From Vulcanimicrobiota bacterium (GTDB lineage: Bacteria > Vulcanimicrobiota > Vulcanimicrobiia > Vulcanimicrobiales > Vulcanimicrobiaceae), in NCBI GenBank assembly GCA_963790985.1, contig CAWBQB010000003.1, forward strand, positions 853,003-917,002: a stretch of 64,000 nt of DNA. The letters run 5' to 3'. The notes below the pieces were generated by a model. The model was not told the origin of the DNA. It worked only from the letters and a program-made list of their open reading frames with translations, and did not search any database. Both the position numbers and the translations under genes were made by a program. Positions 9,384 to 17,032 of the stretch are shown here, in pieces. Positions within the stretch are counted from its first letter, which is position 1, and every line of letters starts with the position of its first letter.

Positions 9384-10654
9384 GGCTGAAACGAGACCTT
9401 TTCGCCGTCGCCGACGCTGGCCTGACCGTTGGCGACGACGCGGGTGCCCGGCGCGATGCCGGTGACGACCGACGTCGTTCCGTCTCCGCCGGTCTCGGCG
9501 ACCTTGACCGTCTTCACGGTGTCGTCGGCAAGCACCGTCACGACCGCATCGTGGTTGTCGTCGGTAAACGCCGTCTCGGGGATACGAACGCCGCGCAAGG
9601 GACTCACGGCGATCGTCCCCTGGACCGCCATGCCGGGTCGCAGGCGCTGCTGCGGATTTGCCAGCACGACCTTCACTTGAAAGTCCGTCGAACCAGGGTT
9701 GATCTCGTTGAGCACGCCCGCTACGCGCCCGCTCACGCGCGCCGCGATGCCCGCGTCGGCCGTCGCGATCGTGGCCGGCGCACCCGTTTGGATCCGCGCG
9801 ATCTGTTCGCCCGACGCGTGGAGCACTGCGTAAATCGGATTGACCTGCTGAAGCGTGAAGAGCTCGCGGTTGCCGGGATATTCGCCGGGGTTGAGGTTGC
9901 GATTGACGACCACGCCGTCAATGGGCGAGAGGATCGTCGCTTTGCCGATCTGCACGCGCACTTGCTGGGCTTGAGCGAGCGCGACTTTCTCCTGCGCCGC
10001 CGACTGCGCCACCGCGGCCGATTGCAGGCCGCCTCCCGACAGACTGCCGTTCGCCTGCACGTTCGACGCCGCAGCGGAGAGGGCGGCGCTTGCGGAGTCG
10101 AGCGTCTGCTGGTCGTTTCGCGCGAGGGTCGCTTGCGCGTCGACCGACTGCTGCGAGATGTACCCTTGCGCGAGAAGGTTCTGGTCGCGGCTGAGATTTC
10201 GGCGGTCGTTTTCGAGGGTTTGCTGCGCCTGCGCGACCGCGGCGCGGTCCGCCCGCACGGTGTCTACGCCCTGGGCGATGGAGAGTGAGCCCTGGTACAC
10301 GGCGTGCTGGGTGTTGGCCTGATTGCTGTTCGCCGTCGCAAGATCGGCGTCCATCTGCGCCTCGAGGTCGGCGGTATCGAGCCTCGCCAGCACCTGCCCG
10401 GCTCGCACCTCGTCGCCCTCTTGGACGTAGACGGCATCGGCGGGCTCGCTGAGCGAACTTTGGATCGCGACGTTCTCGTAGGGCGCGATGATGCCGGCCA
10501 GGTGCTCCGATGGATTCACCGCGCCGTAGGTCGCCACGGCTGTCTGGACGTAGGGAGGCGGTGGCCCGGGCTTTTCCGGGCGCGCGCAGGCGGCCGTGGA
10601 GAGGAGCGCGAGGAGCCCGCAGAGCAGCGGCGATGGGTGCTGGCGGCGTTTCAT
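9380..10654 (-). CDS. RND periplasmic adaptor (membrane fusion protein, HlyD-like), probable lipoprotein
   Basis: The signal peptide ends ...LLSTAAC. It has a long coiled-coil Ala/Gln-rich hairpin, a barrel-sandwich region and a beta-barrel C-terminus. It overlaps the RND permease start by 4 nt. Confidence 0.85.
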   Translation of the reverse strand: MKRRQHPSPLLCGLLALLSTAACARPEKPGPPPPYVQTAVATYGAVNPSEHLAGIIAPYENVAIQSSLSEPADAVYVQEGDEVRAGQVLARLDTADLEAQMDADLATANSNQANTQHAVYQGSLSIAQGVDTVRADRAAVAQAQQTLENDRRNLSRDQNLLAQGYISQQSVDAQATLARNDQQTLDSASAALSAAASNVQANGSLSGGGLQSAAVAQSAAQEKVALAQAQQVRVQIGKATILSPIDGVVVNRNLNPGEYPGNRELFTLQQVNPIYAVLHASGEQIARIQTGAPATIATADAGIAARVSGRVAGVLNEINPGSTDFQVKVVLANPQQRLRPGMAVQGTIAVSPLRGVRIPETAFTDDNHDAVVTVLADDTVKTVKVAETGGDGTTSVVTGIAPGTRVVANGQASVGDGEKVSFQP

Positions 10655-10710
10655 TGAATGCTCCGATTGTAGCCAAGGCGACGCCGCAGAGTCCTGGAGT
10701 GAGTCTGAGA

Positions 10711-11406
10711 ATGGGTCAAGACGCGGAACGACCGCGGGTGCTCGTGGTTGACGACGAGCGAGGGCTGCGCGAGTTGCTGGAGTACGGCCTCGCTCAGGCC
10801 GGCTTTACCGTCCGCAGCGTCACCGACGGCTCGGCAGCTCTGCCGGTGCTCGATTCCTGGGACCCCGACGTCATCGTCCTCGACGTCATGCTGCCCGGCG
10901 GCGACGGTTTCACCGTCCTGCCCGAAATCCGGCGGCGCACGACCGCGCCGGTCGTCATGCTCACGGCGCGCACCGAGGTGGCCGAAAGGGTCGCGGGGCT
11001 GACCGCCGGGGCCGACGACTACGTCGGCAAGCCGTTCGATCTCGAAGAGCTCGTCGCGCGCCTGCGGACGCTCCTGCGTCGGCCCGCGATCGAAGAGCGT
11101 GAAACGCTAACGTACGCCGACCTCAGCGTGGACGCGCGCAGCCGCAGCGTCTGGCGCGGAAACCGCCGCATCGAGCTGTCTCCCCGCGAGTTCGACCTGC
11201 TCGTTACGTTCGCGCAGCGCGCCGAGGAAGTGCTCACGCGCTCGCAGCTCCTCGATCTCGTCTGGGGCATAGATCGCGACGTCGTCCCAAACACCGTGGA
11301 AACGTACGTCTCGTTCCTGCGCGCGAAGATCGACAGCGGCGAGGCCGTCAAACTGATCCAGACCCTGCATGGCGTCGGCTACGCGCTGAGAGCGAGCAGC
11401 TCGTGA
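10711..11406 (+). CDS. OmpR/PhoB-family response regulator
   Basis: Receiver domain RVLVVDDERGLRELL...DVIVLDVMLPGGDG...K, followed by the winged-helix region LTYADLSVDARSRSVWRGNRRIELSPREFDLL...VETYVSFLRAKID. It is divergent from the RND operon. Confidence 0.9.
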   Translation: MGQDAERPRVLVVDDERGLRELLEYGLAQAGFTVRSVTDGSAALPVLDSWDPDVIVLDVMLPGGDGFTVLPEIRRRTTAPVVMLTARTEVAERVAGLTAGADDYVGKPFDLEELVARLRTLLRRPAIEERETLTYADLSVDARSRSVWRGNRRIELSPREFDLLVTFAQRAEEVLTRSQLLDLVWGIDRDVVPNTVETYVSFLRAKIDSGEAVKLIQTLHGVGYALRASSS

Positions 11407-12797
11407 CCAACCGGCTGGCACGGCGCATTGCCGTGTCCACCGCGACCGAGATCGCCCTCGTCGTGGTCGCGATCGTGCTTGCCGGCGCGCTCCTGGCCTT
11501 CGGCCTCTACGTTCGCGCGCTCTCGAACGAGCTGGCCGGAACGCTCGGGCAGCTGCGCAGCGCGCTGGCCGAAACGTCGCTGCCCGACGCGCGCGCCGGC
11601 GGGAATTTCGCGGCGTCGCTGCTCTTGGGGACGGGCACCGAGCTGGTCTTCCTCGACGCGAACACGCGCGTAACCGTCTACCGGCTGCGCCGTTCCGACG
11701 CTCGGCCGACCGTGACGGTGCGAAACCGCGTCGATCTCTCCGGCGATCCGCCGGCCGGCGGCGCTCTCGCTCCCGCCGTCGTCGGGCTTGCGACCGCGTT
11801 TGGACTGCAGCCGCTGCGCGCCCAAGCCGGCAGCATCTACGTCGTCGTGAAGGCCAACGAGGCGACGCTCGTGGCGACGGTGCGCGCGTTCCTCCTGCCG
11901 CTGCTCGCCGCGCTCGCCCTCGCCGTAGCCTTCGCCGTCCTCGTCGCGCGAACGCTCGCACGGCGCGCCGTTGCGCCGTTGGAGGACGTCACGGGTGCGC
12001 TCGGGCGCTTCGCATCGGGCGATCTGACGCCGCAGCCGATTGCCGCCGACGAGCATCACGATCTCGCCGCGCTCGCGGCCGCTTATAACGGCGCCGTCGA
12101 GCAGATGGCCCGCGCGTTCGGCGAGCGCGACCGCGCGAACGCAGCGATGCACCAGTTCATCGCCGACGCCGGCCACCAGCTGCGCACACCTTTGACGGTG
12201 CTTCAAGGCTTCATCGCGATTCTGCGCCGCGGCGGATTCGACAACCCCGCCGATCGGGAGCGGATACTCGACACGATGTACGACCAGAGCCGCATCATGG
12301 GCGCGCTCATAGACAAGCTGCTGCTGCTCGAGCGATGGGAGAGTCCGGACGAGCCCGGCGCCGCGCGACCGATCGACGTCGGCAGGCTGGTGGGCGATCT
12401 CGTCGCCCCGATTGCCGACGCGAATCCCGATCGGCGGTTCTCCATCGCGACGCAAGGCGGCATCCTCGCCTCGATAGACCCAACCGAGCTCGGCTACGTC
12501 GTAACGAACCTCACCGACAACGCGCTCAAGTACGCCCTCGGAGAGATCGCCGTGCGCGTGCGGACGGAGAACGGAGCCGCCGTCATCGAGATCGCCGACC
12601 AAGGCCCGGGCATTTCACAATCCGACGCCGCGCGCGTATTCGACCGGTTCTACCGCGGCGCGCAGCGCGACGTGCCGGGATCGGGGCTCGGCTTGGCAAT
12701 CGTCAAACGCGCCGTCGAGCGCGCCCAGGGGAGCGTCACGCTCGACTCGTCGTCGGGCGGCTCGCGCTTCACCGTGCACCTGCCGCGCGTTGTGTAG
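11403..12797 (+). CDS. Sensor histidine kinase (TM-HAMP-HisKA-HATPase_c)
   Basis: H-box FIADAGHQLRTPLT, N-box NLTDNALKYA, G1 ADQGPGI and G2 GSGLGLAIV are present. The GTG start overlaps the regulator stop (GTGA). Confidence 0.9.
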   Translation: MTNRLARRIAVSTATEIALVVVAIVLAGALLAFGLYVRALSNELAGTLGQLRSALAETSLPDARAGGNFAASLLLGTGTELVFLDANTRVTVYRLRRSDARPTVTVRNRVDLSGDPPAGGALAPAVVGLATAFGLQPLRAQAGSIYVVVKANEATLVATVRAFLLPLLAALALAVAFAVLVARTLARRAVAPLEDVTGALGRFASGDLTPQPIAADEHHDLAALAAAYNGAVEQMARAFGERDRANAAMHQFIADAGHQLRTPLTVLQGFIAILRRGGFDNPADRERILDTMYDQSRIMGALIDKLLLLERWESPDEPGAARPIDVGRLVGDLVAPIADANPDRRFSIATQGGILASIDPTELGYVVTNLTDNALKYALGEIAVRVRTENGAAVIEIADQGPGISQSDAARVFDRFYRGAQRDVPGSGLGLAIVKRAVERAQGSVTLDSSSGGSRFTVHLPRVV

Positions 12798-12816
12798 GCA
12801 TCGTTACAGCGGAAAA

Positions 12817-12906
12817 TGGCGGAGAGGGTGAGATTCGAACTCACGGAACGCTTTCACGTTCGCCCGCTTTCGAGGCGGGTGCCTTCAACCACTCGACCAC
12901 CTCTCC
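12817..12906 (-). tRNA. tRNA-Ser (anticodon CGA), CCA encoded
   Basis: The reverse complement folds as GGAGAGG acceptor, anticodon stem-loop CCCGC-CUCGAAA-GCGGG, a long variable arm and a GTGAG-TTCGAAT-CTCAC T-arm, ending GCCA. Confidence 0.9.
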
Positions 12907-12930
12907 GCAGCCTCGCGTTGACCGGCCGTA

Positions 12931-13413
12931 CTACCCCGGCGGCGGCGGGAACCCTTCTTGCGCGCCGGTTCGCCTCGCGCGAAAGAAGCGCTGAAGCTGT
13001 TCGGAGGCTTCGCTCTCGAGCACGCCCGCCGTTACCTCGAGACGATGGTTCGCATGCGGCGAGCGCAGCACGTCGAACGCGCTTCCGTCGGCGCCCCCCT
13101 TTGAATCGCGCGCCCCGTAGACGACGCGTTTGATGCGAGCGGCAAGCATCGCGCCGGCGCACATCGGACACGGTTCCTTCGTCACGTAGATCGTCGCGTC
13201 CGACAGGCGCCAGGTCCCCAGACGCCGCGCGGCTTCCTGCAGCGCGAGCATCTCGGCGTGCGCCGTCGCATCGGGCCGCGTCTCTTTCTCGTTCTTCGTT
13301 TCGATCACGACGTCGCCGCAAACGAGCACCGCGCCGATCGGAACGTCGCCCGCCCGAGCCGCCTCCTCCGCGAGGGCGAGCGCGCGGCGCAGGTTCCGTT
13401 CGTCGTCGTCCAC
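12931..13413 (-). CDS. tadA: tRNA adenosine(34) deaminase
   Basis: HAEMLAL and PCPMCAGA zinc-binding deaminase motifs are present. A GTG at 13413 sits 14 nt after the upstream stop. The rest of track ORF 12931..13911 is out-of-frame overlap with the neighbouring gene. Confidence 0.85.
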   Translation of the reverse strand: MDDDERNLRRALALAEEAARAGDVPIGAVLVCGDVVIETKNEKETRPDATAHAEMLALQEAARRLGTWRLSDATIYVTKEPCPMCAGAMLAARIKRVVYGARDSKGGADGSAFDVLRSPHANHRLEVTAGVLESEASEQLQRFFRARRTGAQEGFPPPPG

Positions 13414-13427
13414 GCCCGTATCGCGCC

Positions 13428-13994
13428 TCAGAATTTCCGCTCGTGGATGCGATACACCGCGCCCAGCAGGTACGGCATCTCCAAGAGACTGAACCGCTCT
13501 TCTTCTCCAACGGCAAAGACGTAACGCTGCGGCGCCGATCCGCCCCGCATGCTCACGACCACCGTGGAGGTTCCCGCGGGCAGCACGATCGTGCGCTCGG
13601 GGCTCGCAAGGTAGCTGACGCGCGAGAACGGTTCGTAGAACGTCGTGGCGTTCGACAGATCCAAGCGCCCGATCTCGCGCTTGTCGCTCCCGGTGATGAC
13701 GGCGACCGGTCGCGCCGCGTTGGCGGCGTCGCGCGAATCGACGAGCACCTGTGCCGGAACCCGCAGCGTGCGTGGTGATATGAGCGCATAGCGATCCTCT
13801 TGCCCCGCAGCGAGGTCGCCGTAGAACGCCCACGACTTTGCCGGATCGCCGACGACCACCGGGTTCGACGCCGGGCGCGGCGAGCAGGCAAAGCGCGGAT
13901 CGTGCGCGCAAGCACGCCCCGCCGAGAGCGCGCCCGCGGCGACGATGCCTGCGAGAACCAGCAGCGCGGCAATGGCGATACGTTTGGTTTTCAT
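13428..13994 (-). CDS. Secreted hypothetical protein
   Basis: MKTKRIAIAALLVLAGIVAAGALSA is a signal peptide. The composition is coherent and no family is recognised. Confidence 0.6.
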   Translation of the reverse strand: MKTKRIAIAALLVLAGIVAAGALSAGRACAHDPRFACSPRPASNPVVVGDPAKSWAFYGDLAAGQEDRYALISPRTLRVPAQVLVDSRDAANAARPVAVITGSDKREIGRLDLSNATTFYEPFSRVSYLASPERTIVLPAGTSTVVVSMRGGSAPQRYVFAVGEEERFSLLEMPYLLGAVYRIHERKF

Positions 13995-14008
13995 GCAGTC
14001 AAGAGATG

Positions 14009-14082
14009 CGCGCCCGGAGGGATTCGAACCCCCGATCCCAGCCTTCGGAGGGCTGTGCGTTATCCAGCTACGCTACGGGCGC
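14009..14082 (-). tRNA. tRNA-Arg (anticodon CCG)
   Basis: The reverse complement is GCGCCCGTAGCGTAGCTGGATAACGCACAGCCCTCCGAAGGCTGGGATCGGGGGTTCGAATCCCTCCGGGCGCG. The anticodon loop is CUCCGAA. CCA is not encoded. Confidence 0.9.
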
Positions 14083-14098
14083 AGGCAACCATCCGATT

Positions 14099-14335
14099 TC
14101 AGCGAGACGCGTCGGGCGGGGCTCCGGCGCTGGGGATGTGCTTGAACAGATCGAGCTTGTGATCTACCAGCGTGCGGTAGAACTTGCGCACGCAATCGGG
14201 ATGACCGAAAAAGTACGTGCGCGCGTACGCCAGATCTTCTCCGGAACTGTCGGGAACGTAGTGCGAGATCTCGATCTCCTCCATCTGGCCTCGGTCGACG
14301 GGATGGGGGCAGAAATCGCACGGAATGGTGGACAT
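14099..14335 (-). CDS. Small Cys/His-containing hypothetical protein (78 aa)
   Basis: MSTIPCDFCPHPVD...GHPDCVRKF has a CxxC..H / H..C arrangement that hints at metal binding. It lies between two tRNA genes. GC appears somewhat lower than the flanks. Confidence 0.5.
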   Translation of the reverse strand: MSTIPCDFCPHPVDRGQMEEIEISHYVPDSSGEDLAYARTYFFGHPDCVRKFYRTLVDHKLDLFKHIPSAGAPPDASR

Positions 14336-14350
14336 AAGATTATTGTTACC

Positions 14351-14385
14351 TCGAAACTAAAGCCGGCCGCCCATCGGCGGCCGGG
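14351..14385 (-). terminator. Rho-independent terminator after tRNA-Met
   Basis: The minus strand has a 9-bp stem CCGGCCGCC/GGCGGCCGG with a 4-nt loop, followed by CUUUAGUUUCG. Confidence 0.6.
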
Positions 14386-14390
14386 CCATT

Positions 14391-14462
14391 GTGGCTCGGG
14401 TAGGACTCGAACCTACGACCAAGGGCTTATGAGTCCCCTGCTCTACCACTGAGCTACCGAGC
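14391..14462 (-). tRNA. tRNA with CAU anticodon (elongator Met or lysidine-modified Ile2; not initiator)
   Basis: The reverse complement is GGCTCGGTAGCTCAGTGGTAGAGCAGGGGACTCATAAGCCCTTGGTCGTAGGTTCGAGTCCTACCCGAGCCA. The G1-C72 pair argues against an initiator tRNA. Confidence 0.85.
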
Positions 14463-14576
14463 CGAAACCGCCAAGCCTCGGATTCGACACCGCAGTATAG
14501 CAGGCCCCGTCGCGCTCTCGCAAGCACGGCGCCGACAGGCGTGCGGTCCCCAGGCCTCAAAACCATCTTCGTAACG

Positions 14577-16121
14577 GTGAACGCTGCCTTTACTCGCCGA
14601 GCGGCCCTGTTCGCGGCCTTGGCTTCGCTCAATGCGTGGGCTAGCGCCGGACCGGCCCGCGCCCAAGCCGTTGACGCCCATGCGCTGCTTCTAAAACATC
14701 GCGCCTTCGTCGGGTGGCAGCTCGGCGACGGAACGTTTCGCTCGCTGCGGCTGACGGCGCAGTACGCCGATTCGCAAGGGAAAGCGACGCGCCAAGTCTC
14801 GGAACTGCACCGAGGCCTGCTCTACCGCACCACGACGGCCTTTCTCGACGCGGCGGGCGCTTCGCGCGACGAAGGCTTCACGGGCAGCGTCTTTTGGAGC
14901 AGCAACGTCAACGGATTCACGACGCCGGCCTACGGCGAGCTCGCGAAGTTCCGCTTCAGCTACGCGCTGCTCGAAGACGAAGGCACGACGGCCCTCGATG
15001 CGGTTGCCCGAGGCGAAGAAACCGTGGACGGCACGCGCTGCGAGACGCTGCGCCTGGACGTTCCGCATGCCGATCCGATCGACGTGGACGTCGACCCTGC
15101 AACCGGCGCGTACCTGCGCGCCGTCGTGGATCCCGACGGCGCCTACGAAACCGTCGTGCGCATCCTTTCCTACCAAGACGTGCTGCCGGGCAAACGCCTC
15201 GCCTCGGCGCTGCGCATCGGCGACTCGGACGAGACGTACCGCGTCACGAAGGTTGAGCCGAACGTCGCGATCGCCGACGACGAGCTGCATCCCCCGCCCC
15301 CGCGGGCGACGTGGACGTTCGCCGCGCCGCAGCCGTTTGCGATAAGCGTCACGGCGACGCGCGTCCTCGTCGACGCCAGCGTCAACGGCGTCAAGGGGCG
15401 GTTCATCCTCGACACGGGAGCCAACGGCATATTTCTGAACGAACGCTTCGCCGACGCGGCAAAGGTGACGAAGCTCGGCGCCGCCGGCGCCGCCGTCGGG
15501 CTCTACGGCGGACGCAGTGCCGAGGTGCGGCGCGCCGACAGGATCGTTATCGGCGGCAACACGCTCTCCAACGCCATCGTAGAGTCCGAAGACTTCAACT
15601 CCAATGACGTCTTCGGGCTCGATCGCCGCAACTACGACGGGCTGCTGGGATACGATCTCTTCGCCGGCGCGATCGTCCGGCTAGACTTTTATGCGACCGC
15701 GATGACGATTGCGGATCCGGCGACGACGCTGCCCGAGACGCAGTCGTTCTCCGTCGCGGTGGACACGTCGCAGGGCGTTCCCATGGTTCCCATGACGCTC
15801 AACCGGTCCATCGGCGTTCGCGCGATGCTCGACACGGGCGACCCGTCGGGGGTCGTCTTCGGGCCGGATATTCTGTACCGCTACCACCTGCGCATGGCCC
15901 GCAACATCGGGATCGGCCTGCAGTACGGCAGCGTCGAGTGCGGCAATCTCGACACTCTCGAGCTGGGCCCGATCACCTATGCGGGCGAGGTGGCTTGCAA
16001 GCTCGACTCACCGCTGGTTGCCGGCAAGAACGTTCTCGTCGGCTTGGATTTTTTACGAAACTTCGACTTACTGTTCGACTACCCGCACGGACGCATCGCG
16101 TTCGGCGCAAAGCACCGTTAG
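14577..16121 (+). CDS. Secreted retropepsin-like aspartyl protease with two tandem DTG-type domains and a Tat-like signal
   Basis: The N-terminus from GTG 14577 reads VNAAFTRRAALFAALASLNAWASAGPARAQA (twin-Arg). Two catalytic-type motifs are present, FILDTGANGIFL and AMLDTGDPSGVVF. The track start at 14541 is an alternative. Confidence 0.7.
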   Translation: MNAAFTRRAALFAALASLNAWASAGPARAQAVDAHALLLKHRAFVGWQLGDGTFRSLRLTAQYADSQGKATRQVSELHRGLLYRTTTAFLDAAGASRDEGFTGSVFWSSNVNGFTTPAYGELAKFRFSYALLEDEGTTALDAVARGEETVDGTRCETLRLDVPHADPIDVDVDPATGAYLRAVVDPDGAYETVVRILSYQDVLPGKRLASALRIGDSDETYRVTKVEPNVAIADDELHPPPPRATWTFAAPQPFAISVTATRVLVDASVNGVKGRFILDTGANGIFLNERFADAAKVTKLGAAGAAVGLYGGRSAEVRRADRIVIGGNTLSNAIVESEDFNSNDVFGLDRRNYDGLLGYDLFAGAIVRLDFYATAMTIADPATTLPETQSFSVAVDTSQGVPMVPMTLNRSIGVRAMLDTGDPSGVVFGPDILYRYHLRMARNIGIGLQYGSVECGNLDTLELGPITYAGEVACKLDSPLVAGKNVLVGLDFLRNFDLLFDYPHGRIAFGAKHR

Positions 16122-16216
16122 CCGCGCCGGGTGAAAAGGCTAGCTGATTTAGAGATTTGCTTTCGGCAAATGATTGACCCAATATTTCGTAACAGAAGAA
16201 AGGCGGCTACTGAGAT

Positions 16217-16615
16217 ATGTCAGATTCAAATGACTACCCCGAGTTTCTAAAGGCCTTTTTCAGCCCACAGAACCTGGAAACGGTGCGGCGCATGCAGGAG
16301 GCGGCTGGGCGGTATCAGGAGGCCTTTAACACGCCGCAAATGAGAGAGCTGACCAGCCAATTGGAGCGCTTTCAAAAGACCACCATGATGGACAGCCCGC
16401 ATATGCGGGCATTCGTTGATTATTTCCAGCACCTTCAAGAGAATCCGATCAGCAAGGTGATGTCAACGGACGACATGGCAAAGATCTCCGAGTTGTTTAA
16501 GAAGTACACGCCCGACCAACTCTTCCTTGCGTGGATGAATGAGACGGCGAAGCCATATTTGGACCAGATTCAAAAGCTCTTGGCCGCGTACAAGATGAGG
16601 GGTTCAGAGGAGTAG
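16217..16615 (+). CDS. Orphan helical hypothetical protein encoded in a roughly 50% GC patch
   Basis: This 132-aa clean ORF (MSDSNDYPEFLKAFFSPQNLETVRRMQEAAG...) has A/T-rich third codon positions, unlike all its neighbours. No family is recognised. Confidence 0.6.
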   Translation: MSDSNDYPEFLKAFFSPQNLETVRRMQEAAGRYQEAFNTPQMRELTSQLERFQKTTMMDSPHMRAFVDYFQHLQENPISKVMSTDDMAKISELFKKYTPDQLFLAWMNETAKPYLDQIQKLLAAYKMRGSEE

Positions 16616-16707
16616 CGCATCCGGCGGGTACGCCCGGCGATAACGAGCGTCGGGACGTAGGAGGCGCGGTTGGAGCCCGCGCCCTCACGGTTGGCTTTAG
16701 AAAAAAT

Positions 16708-16781
16708 CGCGGTCGGAGGGACTCGAACCCCCAGCCTACAAGTTCGTAGCCTGTTGCTCTATCCAATTGAGCTACGACCGC
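16708..16781 (-). tRNA. tRNA-Arg (anticodon ACG; the TadA substrate)
   Basis: The reverse complement is GCGGTCGTAGCTCAATTGGATAGAGCAACAGGCTACGAACTTGTAGGCTGGGGGTTCGAGTCCCTCCGACCGCG. The anticodon loop is CUACGAA. Confidence 0.9.
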
Positions 16782-16792
16782 ATATCTCGTCG

Positions 16793-16888
16793 CCCTTCAC
16801 CCTTCGCCCTTCGCCCTTCGACTTCGCTCAGGGTGACACCACTTCGCTCAGGGTGACACCACTCGCTCAGGGTGACACCGGTGACGCC
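16793..16888. repeat. Compound tandem repeat in the spacer between two tRNA genes: 7-mer x4 then 20-mer x3
   Basis: CCCTTC(A/G) occurs four times (16793-16820). ACTTCGCTCAGGGTGACACC occurs twice exactly (16821-16860), followed by a 19-nt copy (16861-16879) and a partial GGTGACGCC. Confidence 0.9.
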
Positions 16889-16891
16889 ATT

Positions 16892-16981
16892 CGGAGAGGG
16901 AGGGATTCGAACCCTCGATACGACTTTACATCGTATAACGGTTTAGCAAACCGCCGCCTTCAGCCGCTCGGCCACCTCTCC
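16892..16981 (-). tRNA. tRNA-Ser (anticodon GCU)
   Basis: The reverse complement is GGAGAGGTGGCCGAGCGGCTGAAGGCGGCGGTTTGCTAAACCGT...GAGGGTTCGAATCCCTCCCTCTCCG, with a long variable arm. CCA is not encoded. Confidence 0.9.
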
Positions 16982-17032
16982 AGCGACGCGACCAACTATA
17001 CCACGTTCGCCGCGCGGGGCCCTATGCGAACG

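Noticed and set aside
6546-9389. A 947-aa + strand ORF, along with many similar long ORFs (for example 100..1350, 5041..6405, 7264..8538, 28358..30043, 37148..38653, 45666..47096, 57368..58738 and 62501..63838).
   Set aside because: They are extremely Arg/Asp/His-rich with low-complexity composition. They lie antisense to, or out of frame with, genes that have clear family signatures. They are typical shadow ORFs of high-GC DNA.
6144-12797. The RND pump, adaptor and divergent two-component system as a novel system.
   Set aside because: This is a common arrangement. The only oddity is the lack of an adjacent outer-membrane factor gene, and that gene is frequently encoded elsewhere.
16793-16888. 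Possible CRISPR array.
   Set aside because: The repeats are directly abutting (7-mer and 20-mer tandem units) with no unique spacers. There are no cas genes in the window.
12800-17032. An integrated prophage or genomic island at the tRNA cluster.
   Set aside because: I found no integrase, recombinase, phage structural genes or duplicated tRNA 3' ends (att sites). Only the 0.5-kb low-GC patch is compositionally foreign, and it is reported separately.
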